DNA of 63,692 nt, the filler included, from Octopus bimaculoides (lineage: Eukaryota): assembly GCF_001194135.2 (NCBI RefSeq). It is 6 parts of 4 records of this genome, joined end to end, with 100 filler letters (N's around TTAATTAATTAA, not from the genome) between each part and the next. Parts side by side here need not be neighbours in the genome. Positions count along the whole stretch, not along the records: positions 28,374 to 39,961 come from NC_069001.1; positions 40,062 to 58,130 come from NC_068985.1; 4 more parts are not named here. The stretch is one strand, 5' to 3'. Positions 38,403 to 51,149 of the stretch are shown here, piece by piece. The notes beneath the pieces are model-generated. The model was not told where the DNA came from. It worked only from the letters and a program-made list of their open reading frames with translations, and did not search any database. A program made the position numbers and the translations under genes. How positions within the stretch are numbered: the first letter of the stretch is position 1; every line of letters begins with the position of its first letter.

Positions 38403-39455
38403 CATGAAATTTTGGTGGAGGGGATAGTCGATTATATCGACCCAGTGTTTCACTGGTACTTATTGCATCAACCCCAAAAGGTTGAAAGGCAAAGTTGACC
38501 TTAGCGAATTTGAACTCATAACGTAGTGGCACACAAAATATTTAGCATTTCGCCCGGCGTGCTAACGATTCTGGCAACCAGCCGTCATAACAATAATCCT
38601 TCCGACTAAAGGCACAAAACCCGAAATTTGATGGGAGGAGATTTGTCAATTACATCGACTCCAGTGTTTCACTGTTATTCATTTTATCGACCCCGTAAGG
38701 ATGACAGAAAAGTCAAGTTCGGCGGAATTTGAACTCAGAAAATAAAGACGGACGAAATGCTGCTAAGCATCTTGCCTGACGCGCTAACGATTCTGCCAAC
38801 TCGCCGTCTTGGTTTCAAATTTTGGCTCCAAGGCCGGTGGTTTTAAAATAGGTCAGTTGATGCCATCGACCTCATTACTTGACTGCTCTGTTTTATCGAC
38901 TCTGATACGACGAAGGGTAAAGTTAACATCAGCGGAATTTGAAATCAGAACATAAAGACCCGGAAGAAACACCGCAAAATAGTTTGTTCGACGCTCTAAC
39001 GATTCTGCCAATCTAGCATCCTTGATTTCTAAAATAGGCAAAGGCCACATAGTTTACGAGAGGTGGTAAGGATAGAGTTGAATATAAAGGACCTATTTTT
39101 TTTTATTTCATCAGACCCCGGAAAGATAAAAGGTGAAGTCGACACCAACGGCATTTGAACACAGAACGTAAGAGGATGTGGCTAAATATCACATGATATT
39201 TAGTTTGACGATCTGGCGATGGTGTCAATGTATTGCCCTTTAAAAACGATGTTTTCTAGCATAAGGTCAAGGCCACATATTTTGGTGGAAGGAGCAGCCT
39301 ATAAATTATACAGACCGCCATTAATTGTCTACTACTTTGAATTCTCGTCCTCCGTCGGATAAAAAGCAAAGCCAACCTCAGTGCAATATGAAGTCAGAAC
39401 ACGAAGGGGATGTAAAATTCACGAAATACTGCAAAGGGTTTAATCCAGCACCCTT
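38403..39455 (-). mobile_element. Array of five head-to-tail SINE copies (25755 family)
   Basis: Units at about 38403-38588, 38592-38810, 38811-39022, 39023-39240 and 39241-39455, each with atttgaa(c/a)(t/a)cagaa-like and ttttatcgac-like blocks. Confidence 0.75.
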
Positions 39456-39539
39456 TATACACAATTACAAATACACATATAAATACATACACACACATAT
39501 ATATGTATGTGTGTGTGTGTGTGTGTGTGTATAATACAT

Positions 39540-39933
39540 AGGAGTGGCTGTGTGGTAAGTAGCTTGCTTACCAACCACATGGTTCCGGGTTCAGTCCCAC
39601 TGCGTGGCACCTTGGGCAAGTGTCTTCTACTATAGCCTCGGGCTGACCAAAGCCTTGTGAGTAGATTTGGTAGACGGAAACTGAAAGAAGCCCGTCGTAT
39701 ATATGTATATATATATGTGTGTGTGTTTGTGCGTCTGTGTTTCCCCACCACCACCACCATCGCTTGACAACCGGTGCTGGTGTGTTTATGTCCCCGTAAC
39801 TTAGCGGTTCGGCAAAAAGAGACCGATAGAATAAGTACTAGGCTTACAAAGAATAAGTCCTGGGGGCGATTTTCTCGACTAAAGGCGGTGCTCCAGCATG
39901 GCCACAGTCAAATCACTGAAACAAGTAAAAGAG
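39540..39933 (+). mobile_element. CORE-type tRNA SINE, full length (best-preserved copy in the window)
   Basis: A box TGGCTGTGTGG, B box GGTTCAGTCC, CORE-like gtggcaccttgggcaagtgtctt, internal (TA)/(TG) microsatellite and tail actgaaacaagtaaaagag. Further 3' halves lie at about 17930-18170, 18720-18910, 22818-23010, 28590-28800 and 32940-33125. Confidence 0.85.
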
Positions 39934-40149
39934 ATATATACATATATATACATACATATATNNNNNNNNNNNNNNNNNNNNNNNNNNNNNNNNNNNNNNN
40001 NNNNNTTAATTAATTAANNNNNNNNNNNNNNNNNNNNNNNNNNNNNNNNNNNNNNNNNNNNAGAGAGAGAGAGAGAGAGAAAGAAAGAGAGAGAGAGGAG
40101 TGAGGGAGACATAGGCAAAGAGAGCGATGAAGAGACTACGTTTTGCTTC

Positions 40150-40640
40150 TAAGTATTTTCCACCCCAGCTGTCCGTACTTTGTAGTAGTCCTCTGTGTCA
40201 GTCCACGACATCATAAGCTGGATAGATATATTCTCTCTGTATCTGCTTTGGGTAGGTGACTTCAGTGTGCTGTTACTAGTTTTAGGGTTTTTCAGTTTAA
40301 GTTTCTCAATTCGCTATTCTTCTAGTTTATTATGATGAAGCTGTAATTTATGATTGTTATTGCTAGCGTGTTTATCTCTATTTTCTTATATTTAGCATTG
40401 AGTTCAGTGTTTAACTCTTTTGTCACACTCTCTCCTAATTTTCTTTCATTTCTGTTTGTTGTATTTGAGCTATTTCCTCTATTTCTAGATATTCGCATGA
40501 TCGATGTTGATCCAATTCTCTGATTTCTGTGCCTATGTTGAATGCAATATTTCTGCTTCTGATTAATTACCTCTTCTCAATGTTTCTTCGACATTTTTGT
40601 CCAATCCCATGCTCATCCTGGAACAGTTACAGAATGTTCT
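40150..40640 (-). mobile_element. R4/Dong-clade LINE fragment (RT C-terminus/thumb), decayed
   Basis: Stitched translation MGLDKN..TLRRG..IRELDQHRSCEYLEIEE..TELNAKYKKIEINTLAITIINYSF..SHLPKADTERIYL..RGL fits the R4 pattern ELNAKNK..AINT.A.P...YSF and HHPKAD.ERLYL...GGRGL. Confidence 0.7.
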
Positions 40641-40857
40641 TCTGTGCAGTAGTATTTTCGGTGAAAATTTATAAGACATCAATTCATAAAAGTTGAGTTA
40701 TAATTTGTCCATAGCATCTGTAACCTATGCTGGTTTCCTTTAACAAGTTTGTTAGTGGGGTCTGTTACCAATGCAGGAAAGCAATGGTGGACAAGTCGCG
40801 TTGGAAAATGCCTCACCTTTTGAGTATAAGTCAGATTTTAATAACTGATTTTCAATA

Positions 40858-41046
40858 TTATTATTATTTTTTGCCGCTGTTGTTGTTGTTGCTATGATTA
40901 TTGTTGTTGTTGTTGTTCTTCTTCTTCATAATCATCTTCATCTTCTTCTTCTTTTTCTTCTTCTTCTTCTTCTTCTTCTTCTTCTTCTTCTTCTTCTTCT
41001 TCTTCTTCTTCTTCTTCTTCTTCTTCTTCTTCTTCTTCTTCTTCTT

Positions 41047-41077
<31 letters not shown>
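40858..41077. repeat. Compound (TTA)/(TTG)/(TTC)n microsatellite
   Basis: Direct reading; it forms the 3' tail of the adjacent element. Confidence 0.95.
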
Positions 41078-41620
41078 TTGAGTGAGAGATCAGTGCATGT
41101 CATGAAAGTTACACTGGGGTAACATATACGAAACTCATTATACCCATCATGACTACTCGTCTGATGGGCACACCAGACACATGCATGACAACCATATGTG
41201 CGCGACATGGTGATCTCATATCAAGATAAACAGCGCCTAACCTTGCAAGTTATGCCCAGTTAGAATTTGTTTTCAGGTTGCCCATCCCGCTCAAAAGGTC
41301 CCTGAATAAGGTTTGTTTAAGGATGTTGAGCAAAACAACCATGTTTCCAAAGGTGAATTATTCAAGCCCCAAAGAATTCCTCTCAAAACATGGCTATGAT
41401 GCTCCCCCACTACTTCTGTTCATGATCAGAGATGCACATATCGTCAGCCACCAAGGGAATGCTCAACTGGTTAAGGTCAAACAACTGACAAGAAAATCTG
41501 CGGTATTTAGCAGAATATTTGCTGTAGCCATGATAACACTTCCAATCAATTAAGATCAGAAGACATGACAGCCACTGCCTGGTACTGCATCCGGACATGC
41601 CACTGCCTGGTACTGCATAA

Positions 41621-41622
<2 letters not shown>
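41077..41622 (-). mobile_element. Non-coding interspersed element (SINE-like retroposon) flanked by trinucleotide arrays
   Basis: About 545 bp of complex non-coding sequence between (TTC)n and (ATT)n, with an internal duplication gccactgcctggtactgcat (x2). The family assignment is inference. Confidence 0.45.
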
Positions 41623-41702
<80 letters not shown>

Positions 41703-43477
41703 CTGTGCGTTGGGAGTACATAGTACCGCCTCCCGGGAGTTTGTTAGATTTTTGTTGAAAATAATTGTTTTGAATATTTCAAATTTCTGTTAAAACTTTC
41801 TATATGGACTTCTAATTCACTAGGTGAACTGGGATGACATTCGAATTGTTTTTGAATTACTGCGGCCATAACGACCATTATTAGACTGAATAATAGGACA
41901 GCAGAACATTTTCATGTGACAATTTCAGCTTTATGAGAGAACAGTTGCGCGAGAACAAGAAGAGCAGCATCAATAACAACGAAAGCGATATAAGCAACAA
42001 CTCCAGCAGCAAGAAAAAGTCCCCGAGTGAAAGAAAACAACATTTGCAGGAACAGCAATAATAACAATAGCGATAGTGACAAATACAAATAACAGTATCA
42101 GCCGTGGTAGCCGTAATAGGAACAAGCACGACGACGACAAAGTAAGAAGACATGGCAACTCCACGAATATGTAATAATTTACTGGGTTGTCGGTGAAATC
42201 AATACATTAATCCTTGTTATGTCTAAACGAAAACGACATATGTCTGACACAGCTGAAGTAGCCTGTGAAGGTGAATGGGAGTACAGCAGAATTTGATATC
42301 TCACTTTACGTAGTAATAACTGCACAGAAGATGTTGTTATATTTCTGGCTGTCGGCAAAATCCAGATACCTAGAAGTAGAAAAAACCCTCGGGTGGAAAG
42401 AATCTTGAAGAAAGATGAGTAGATGTATATACATATATATCGCGTGAGCCAGGAGCGTGGAAAATATATTCAAATGAGAAGATGGCACTGAAGGATTACA
42501 TAGTCTCTAAAAGTGGGAGGAAGACTTGTCACATTAAGTGAGAAAGAACTCCACCAAGGCTGACTATTTAGTGGCTGTTGGCTTGAGTTGTTTTTGAGCG
42601 CAGGAACAACCTCTTTGAAGTGAAACGAACGGAGAGGGAGATTTTGTCTGGGCCAACAGTGGAAATCATCATGCGCATCTAAACGCATGATATAGAAAAG
42701 ATTTCAGACCTTATTCACTTGGTTAATGAAATGGAGCTGCATGTTGCGGTTGAGGGCAGAATGTTAAAATGCTTATTGTGTGGAATGGAATGCCACGTCA
42801 GAGCTTTCTATCATAAACGCAAAACCAGCGAGAGTAGAGCTCTGTGCTGTCGATATGACAGCCCCAACAATAGGAGGGAACGAAAAATGCAGCAGCGCCA
42901 ATAGATACAACATGGGCAACAGGAAGACAAGCAGGAGCAAACAGGATACTTACACAACAGAACGAAACATGTTACCCAGGAAAAATATTCAATGAATTCA
43001 TTTATTTACTCTCCTTCTTTCAATCAAAAACACACATGAACAAATACGAAAATAAGACCCAATCCACATTTCTGATCCGATCTTTCCAAAGGGGATAATG
43101 GCAGCTTATGAAGACAAAGATGAAAATAAAAAATAACGAAATGTTATAAATAAAAGAATAAAACAAGAACAAGACAATAACATTTGAGAAGATTGAGAAG
43201 CATCATGGAGACCACACCAATAACAGTTTCAGGAAAATTCACAACTTCATACCTAACCTCAACAACACCTACTTCAACAAAATGAAAGCATTTAAATTAG
43301 CTTCACCTACAGATATCCACATAAACACATCAACAAGACATATCCTGCTTAAAACTTGCATCGATAAGAAACAAATATTTTGGGTTGGTACATAATTAAT
43401 CACCAGCTTATAATTTAATTTACAACAATTTTAGAATTAAAAAAATGGATGTAAATGCTACACCACGACTGCTGGCG

Positions 43478-43655
43478 GAATTGTTAACACAGTGATTAGT
43501 GTTTAGTAGTCCATCGTCCATCTTTACGTTTTAAGTTCAAATTCGGGCTCGCACGACTTTTATTTTCTCATCGATAAATTAAGTACTAGTTGAGTATTGG
43601 GATTATTCTAATCGACTATCATTCCACCCTCAAATTTGAGATCTTGCCCCTATAG
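43478..43655 (+). mobile_element. Degenerate SINE of the 25755 family
   Basis: ttacgttttaagttcaaattcg..atcgataaattaagtactagttgagtattggg..aatcgact. Confidence 0.65.
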
Positions 43656-44553
43656 TCTACTATATAATAATAATTATAATTATTGTTATTACTAACTCGT
43701 CCGTCGTTGTCAGCGATAATCAAGGACATAACATGTATGTAGTATTGATTTTTATGTTTGCGTGTATGAACCGAAATAAATTATTTTGGTCCTTTAGTTT
43801 AAAAAGATATTTCATCTAAAGCAACAGGCAGTGAAAAAATTTAGTGACTGACTAGTGTAGAAAACTTGTTCGGAAAAAAAATGTTTTATCGTTTGTTTGT
43901 GCATGTGTGGGATAATCTGTAAATTAACGACTGTACATGGAATTTTGTTTACAAGTCTATTATTCCTTCCTTTTGAATACGTGATATGAAACTAATGGCG
44001 AATATATTTCTCGCAAAATTTAGGTCAAAGAATTGCAGTTCAAATTTGATCAATATACAGGCCTTCACAATTGCAAACCTGTGACTGCGGCTCATTGCTA
44101 TTCACATTGTTCATATATTTATAAGGAGTCCGACTGCTATTCCTTTCCTCTTCATTTTTATTCTGAATCTTTTCTGCTCAAAAGATTAACATGTCATGAT
44201 TTCCATCATTTAATTTTACTTTTAGTTATCCTCAGAACAAAAATTTCTATTTCACATAAAATAAAAATCGATTTCATGATTTTTGCGCTTCATACAATTT
44301 CATTGGTCGTCTTCATGCGTTATAAATGCCTTTTTCCTACAACTAAGTGCTTACAGCTAAAGTGCACACTAATTAAATTTTCCATGATTAGAGAAAATAA
44401 GATCTAAAGAATAGTCTCTGCTTAATCTGCATATATATTTCGTCATGAAAATTAGATATCATAACCATCCTAGCATAATCTTTAAAATAAAATGCATTGA
44501 TGAAAGTACTCGCAANNNNNNNNNNCGTGCGTGCGTATGTGTGTGTGTATGTA

Positions 44554-44591
<38 letters not shown>

Positions 44592-44610
44592 TATACACAT
44601 ATATATATAC

Positions 44611-44651
<41 letters not shown>

Positions 44652-44673
44652 TGTATGCATGCATATATATATA

Positions 44674-45130
44674 TCTATATATATAAAACAGAAACTGTGT
44701 GTGTATACGTGTGTGTGAGTGTGTGTGCAAGTTAGAAGGTTTATAACTCGAGTTCCACCTAACTGTTTCGATTGAAATTTCAGACATGCATTTGGTATGT
44801 TTCGAGGCATGTTTTAACCATAATAACTGCTTCGATCATTGTTCGGTTTTCGCAAAAACTCGATCCAGAATTATTGATTTTTTCAAAAGGTCGTCCGATT
44901 TTGATCAAAGTTCACATATCTATGCATTCTTACTCAAGGTTTTTCGCTTCGTTATTAGTTTTTCAAATTCCGTGTCGTTTGATCACAGCACGGGAAAAAC
45001 CGAGTCAAAAATGCCTTTAAGGAAGGCCATAGCGTCGGAATCATTTAGCCGATTTAAACCAAACTCGGTAAACGAATGCATTATCATACAACGAGTCTCA
45101 TGCCATGGTTCATTTCATTAAATTGTGCTT
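44674..45130 (+). mobile_element. Helitron-like 5' end
   Basis: A|TCTATATATATAAAA start, then a (GT)n tract and the ataactcgag..gattgaaattt block typical of non-autonomous Helitron 5' regions. Confidence 0.55.
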
Positions 45131-45450
45131 TGTTTGAGCACAATTCGATAAGCTCACATTCGAACAAAATGCCTTTCTTGAGGTAGCTCCTGATTTGTTT
45201 TTCTCAGAACACTGACTCCCATTCCTTCTCCGATGCATAAACAATTAATCACCATGGTATGCACACACTTTGTGACCCCGCGTGACCTCAAAATAACCAC
45301 TGCCAATAACAGTAAATATCCGGCACTGAGGCTTTCCATTGCAATAAATGAAAGCGACTGCTATTTGTAGCATGAGATAGTTAAAGCAATAACAGCCCCT
45401 GCACTGGACAAGCTACTGATAAGTACTTACTACTTCCATCATCCATTTTA

Positions 45451-46090
45451 CTAGCTGTAGTAACCGCGTTGCGCGGGTCTTAATAAATTACCATGAAACT
45501 GTAGAAACATGAGGCCTTACACTTGAGAAAAGACGGTTTGGAGCGTGACATTGCGAAAGCAAAAACCTCTTGAATCAAATAAATACCCAAGCTGCCTTTC
45601 AAAAAGTTATATTTTTGCGCCGTTTACGGTTTCCGTGTACAAATGCTTTCAGGTGAATTTGAGCCAAAATGTTGAATCACCTGACCGATTCGATTGAAAT
45701 TTCAGATATGCATTAGGTATGTTCCGCGGAATACTTTAGTCAAAACAACTACTTCGATCAATGTTCGGTCTTCGCAAAAACTCGATCGATAATTATCGAT
45801 TCTTTAAAAAAGTCGTCCGATTTCAACCAAACTCGGTACTCATTTGCAATTTGACCGAAAGAGTTTCATGGCGTCGCGGTACTCAGCGGATGACCGGAAG
45901 ACTGAAACTAAAGAAGCACAATGAAGCTACGTATCACTTAATCAATGTGTTTATTGGTCCAGCATTTAATGTGACATCAGATTATTCAGATTTATTTATG
46001 CCAGGGATCCACTATAACAGCTATTTCTTTACTCATACGCATATCGCCTGCTCACGCACAGAATGACAGACACTTGACTTTGTTATGCTC
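45451..46090 (-). mobile_element. Helitron-like element with an intact 3' end on the minus strand
   Basis: Minus strand reads cCCGCG-caa-CGCGGt hairpin, short spacer, then CTAG|T (45451-45454). The 5' boundary is approximate. Confidence 0.6.
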
Positions 46091-47460
46091 ACCATTTCTT
46101 ATTCTCATACATTGTCAGTACCTACCTACAACGTCACTTTGTTTTTGTGACCTTGCCATTGCCACTCTGTAAATTTGCTATTATGACCTCATACTGTTTG
46201 CTTGAAAAGTCATCACTCTCGTAAATAAACTCACTTCCTGTTGATGTGGTCTTACAATCGGTCGTGTCCTCTTGTGGGTCTCTTAGCTGGATTCAAACAG
46301 CCGTCAAACCATCATCTGCAGCCATAAACGCCCTGCTCTATTTTGCACTCGACGTAAGTTCCAGTTCTCTCCAGCCCCGGAAATCCATCATTTTTACAGT
46401 TTGTCACCCCTCATTTGTACTCCGACATTCCACACACCCTTCCTGCTGCCGCTTGTAACCGTCGAGATCTAAATTTAACCCGTACCGTCCGACTTTCACG
46501 CAAATAGCCTACGTCGATTTCCCGTACTGATGCACGTTCTGCAATCGTGCTTCAGATCGTTATCAGACGCCCACCAAACGTCAGACATTCCGAATTACTT
46601 CCACGCATTGTCTTTCTCCAACCATGAAAGGGAACCACTTGTTCTTCTGCCTCAGCTCAAGGCAACTTTTCTCCATGTTCTCCGGACACTTGGTAAGTAC
46701 TTGAACATTACTCGCAAAGCATCAACTAGGTACTATTTCTTACTAACACCGACAATTCTGATTACTCCTTTCCGCTTTTATCCTCTTACGATGGGGTTAG
46801 TGTTGCATCATTGGTTTATTCTTGCGTTTTCGCAAGCGATGACTGCATCTTAAAAAGACCCTTTGTTTTCACCAACACCAGTCACGATCCTGCTCCAACG
46901 TTTTCACTGCAACCTATCCTCACAAAACTATCCTTTCATAATTTAATCCAGCTGCATTTGGTAAGTCACAAAATTGTTATTACATCGACTGTTGCTCCTT
47001 CCAATTTCACCTGACGCCCTTGGAACACATTCATGAAGTGCCACCTCTCATTGACACAAATAGATAGCGGAAGTTTCCACAAACGCCTCTACCTCACGAA
47101 TCGATAAGCAACGTTATCTCAGGCTTCACGGTACAGCTGCTAGACATTATCTGTTGACAATTCGCATTCACGTAATTATTCCAGCGTAGAGAAAATTACG
47201 TCTGACATCCGTTTACGTATGCGGATAGTGGAAAACATATTAATTTCTCTTTTAAGAAGTGATTTGATTCGTTGCCGTCTCCCATTGCAACACGGCTTAC
47301 CCTATCGCTATTAAATCACCTTATGGATATCTCTCCATTAAGGCATGTTCATGGCTTCGTATTCGTATAACTATTTCATAAAAAGCTTACATATCCTGTC
47401 AGCCGCTTGCTCGTATCCTTCTGACTGGGGCTAAGTGTTCCTCAACCTCCTTTTTAGGTC

Positions 47461-48260
47461 ATGCCACGACAGAAGAGGTTCACACTTGGCCGAAATATTG
47501 CTAAAGCAGAAGAATCAAGAGGAAATCGAGTTTTGGAATCGTCGTTGGAGACTACCATCCATCGGTCACAAGCTGCTGAACGTGCGGTCACCAGAAGAGC
47601 TCCCACGACCAGCATTTACTGTCTTCTGCACCCGTGTATTTCTGCGTACGTATATAACCATGCCTAGAAGGAAAGTTTCAAATTTGTCTTCATTGTCAAG
47701 GTCAGCCAAAAGAAAGTCTCTCTTGGGAAAGAGAGATAACTGCAGAAAGAAACTAGCAGACAGTGAACTACAAAAGCCACAGCATCTCAAAATGAACATA
47801 GATATGCATGGCTGACAAGGAATAGGATCTCCACTGCAGAACGAAGAGCAATTGCAATAGGGTCGAGATGCAACGTCTATAAAGCAGCTTTCAGTTATGA
47901 TCCAGTAGTTCATTATGCAGATGACACTAGAGGGTTTCCATTGGTGCAGTGACAAATGAGTGCATACATTGTAAAGCAAGGAAGTGGCCTGGTGAGATAG
48001 CTGCACTGTGCTGAAGTGATGGAAAGGTTAAAATCACTGCAATCTCCCGACCTCCAGAGACATTGAAGAAATTTTTGTCATCAGCTGACCAAGATTCTAA
48101 GCACTTCCAAGACAAACTTAGGCAATGCAACGCTGCACTACTGATGACATCATTTGGAGGAACAAGAGATTTAACTAAGCCAGGATTCATGCAAAGTTTC
48201 AAGATCCATGGTCAGATTTATCATCGGATTGGCTCTCTAATACCTCTGTCAAATGAATCA
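47461..48260 (+). pseudogene. Helitron Rep/helicase N-terminal region, decayed
   Basis: MPRQKRFTLGRN.. start, then ..CIHCKARKWPGE...CC..GKV..PPETLK..HFQDKLRQCNAALLMTSFGG...PGFMQSFKIHGQIYHRIGSL, matching the Helitron pattern YNSAFQMTSFG..F..TFKVQGQVYHRIGSL. Confidence 0.8.
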
Positions 48261-48490
48261 CCAGGATCGATCTTTCATTGTTTATAATCTGTACATATTT
48301 TGTCGTTACAAAATACGCTACACAAAATTACGTGTATTTACTTTATATACATACAAGAATTGATAACTTTCTTACAACATTTCACTTAGCGTCTATGTTC
48401 CATGTTGGCATGGATTGGAGAATTATTAATGTAGAAAGTTAGTATGTCAGCTACTAGACGGCGTTTTTAAATTTAATTATTTTCAGACAC

Positions 48491-48529
<39 letters not shown>

Positions 48530-48830
48530 NNNNNNNNNNNNNNNNNNNNNNNNNNNNNNNNNNNNNNNNNNNNNNNNNNNNNNNNNNNNNNNNNNNNNNN
48601 NNNNNNNNNNNNNNNNNNNNNNNNNNNNNNNNNNNNNNNNNNNNNNNNNNNNNNNNNNNNNNNNNNNNNNNNNNNNNNNNNNNNNNNNNNNNNNNNNNNN
48701 NNNNNNNNNNNNNNNNNNNNNNNNNNNNNNNNNNNNNNNNNNNNNNNNNNNNNNNNNNNNNNNNNNNNNNNNNNNNNNNNNNNNNNNNNNNNNNNNNNNN
48801 NNNNNNNNNNNNNNNNNNNNNNNNNNNNNN

Positions 48831-49015
48831 ATATGGGAGAATATACAAATAATAACAACAGACGAGGACAGGTGGTGTAAATAACAAAAGTATATATTAG
48901 TATGACGCTCGGGAATACGGAAAGTCTTTGACGTTTCGAGCTACGCTCATCAACAGAAAGAATACGGAGACAAGGAGAAAAACACGGAGAAAAAAAAATT
49001 CGGAGAAAAAAAATT
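48831..49015 (-). mobile_element. Short PLE-type terminal repeat with a hammerhead-like motif
   Basis: Homologous to 4209-4410; lies between TA tracts and upstream of PLE coding remnants. Confidence 0.55.
48925..48961 (-). ncRNA. Minimal hammerhead-like motif (A6U core variant)
   Basis: Minus strand reads TCTTT-CTGTTGA-T-GAGC-GTA-GCTC-GAAA-C-GTC-AAAGA: 5-bp stem I, 4-bp stem II and a GUC triplet. Confidence 0.5.
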
Positions 49016-49529
49016 GATATATATATATCGCCTAGGCGCCGCTATACTAGTAATCTGTTGTAGAACTCGATATACGGATGCTTCTGTACAAAATGTTAGT
49101 CGAGCAGAGAGTGGGAAGATAAAAGTGATGACAATGGAATAAATTATTTTCAAGTGAACATCATTAGCATACAGCTGTTCCAACTGTAGGATGCGTCTTC
49201 TAAATAGAGCTTTCATATTTGCTAGTAAATAAATTGCTACTTTCAAACCGGATACTAACATTATAGTTTTCCACATGGATTAACATTATCGAGTTTGAGG
49301 GTGAGTTATGGAGGCGGAATTCCATTTTTAACAATTTCAGTGTAAGTATAGGTTCAATGGAACTTCTTAATTTACAGATATTCTTGGATTCTACCTACTC
49401 TACCTCTTTAAGACACACTTTCATGCCATTGGAGGCGGAATCTATGCCTACTCAATGTGGAACGTTATAATGCTTCCCAACTAGAACGCACGCGCAAAAT
49501 TATTTATGAATTATAACCTCTCACACCCT

Positions 49530-50650
49530 TTTTAATCTATCACTAATATCGTAAACTTCTTGGACGGAGCCCTCGACATCACATCAGTTTTATATTACCC
49601 TCATCACAAGCCATACGAAAACTTACAATACGCCCACTCACATTCCAGACATACTACTCCAATCATAAGTCAAATAGACAAAAGTGTGTCTATGAGAGTT
49701 TCTAAGTTATCCACTACTGATAAGCAATTAGCTGCTACAATGAGACTCAACAGAAGTCGATACTCTGAAAAGTTCACTTATATACCGTCCCAAACACCCC
49801 AAAACCGTTTTAGAATATCACAGAATGATCGTGGGCTTAATCCACCTCGAGAATCTGCTACACCAAGACAAACAAAACACTCTAACACTGAAAATATTAC
49901 ACCAAGATAGAAAATGAAGTGTAAAGCGCTCTCCTGTTCTGTTACAGAAATAAAATATCCTGCAATGCATTTGGAGTTTCAAAGATTAAATAAATATTTG
50001 GAATACTTGCCTGGTCCACAGTAGAAATCTACGCCACGGGCATGAAAACCTGCAAGATGATGTAATCGATCGGAAACTGCCACAGGAACACTGAGATATC
50101 AACTGGTTCTATTTAAGAAGAGCTGACTGAGTTATAGATCTGAGATCAGTACACGTAGCCTTTGAGTATTGTTTAGATTCTCTCAGACAATAACTCATAA
50201 ATAACTGCAGAAAATGACATATATCAATTAGCCTAGTTCTGCAAAGCGATAGGTACCACTTGTTACAAGTTAGTAGTCAGCTCGTCAGGGAGCACTGATT
50301 TCGCATACAACCTCGAAATAGCAGGATTAACACTCCTCGAAAAATATCTATATGTGAAACGCTCCGATTACAAAGAAAAAAAAAAAGATACACAATACTA
50401 TGTAGGTGTAAGTTTCCCAAAGACTTGAAAATGACGTTAATACCGAGACGAAATAAAAACACCCGTGACGGCTCAAAGAGAATACGTGGGCAATCTTAGA
50501 GCTGGAAATTACTACAAAATATCTCATGAACAAATGAGACAGTGAAGTCCTTGCAATCATAAGATGCAACCAAAAAACAGTAGATTATGTCAAATTTGTG
50601 TGGAAGACATCAATCTTGTTATCAGCAACTACCCCAAATTTTCAAATGCC
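49530..50650 (+). pseudogene. Second Penelope-like element (Neptune/Naiad-like), RT thumb and GIY-YIG remnants
   Basis: IVNFLDGALDITSVLYYPHHKPYENLQYAHSHSRHTTPIISQIDKSVSMRVSKLS matches NFLD.TL.L....Y.PY.KPN....Y....S.HP..II.QIP..I..R.S.LS. Later SWKLLQ..SRLCQICVED resembles the W.IL....C.LC..EK endonuclease tail. Confidence 0.7.
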
Positions 50651-51149
50651 ACGAAGATATTACATTCCAATACAACGTGATGTCATTAAATGATAGACAC
50701 TTTCGCCCCACACCGAAAAGAAGAGAGAGATAAAAAATATATGGTAAAACCTATAGTGAATATCATTGTTATTGAATACATACACAAACGTCGACAAAGA
50801 ATATTGGTGGAACATTTCCCTCGAATCATCTTAAAATTGCACATATAATGTGCCGGATATCCTTACTTGAAGCAAACAAGAAAATGTATGTGCCGTCATA
50901 CAGGTCATCTGCAACGCGGATGTGAATATATCTTTGAAAATCAAAAAGAAAAGGGATAACTATGGACAACTAATTCAAAACATTCAGCTTCTGTAACCAG
51001 ATTCTTAATTATAGTTTCATACCGATTGGTAAACTTGGTTTTTTTCATAAATGTTTAACTAAAAATACTGGAAAAGCTAGGGTTTTGAGGAAATCAAATA
51101 AACCAAGGTGGCACGCACATTACAAATAAAACACCTAAGCCAGTATTAA

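Noticed and set aside
38403-39455. Regularly spaced repeats as a CRISPR-like array
   Set aside because: The units are whole diverged SINE copies without unique spacers, the context is eukaryotic, and there are no cas genes.
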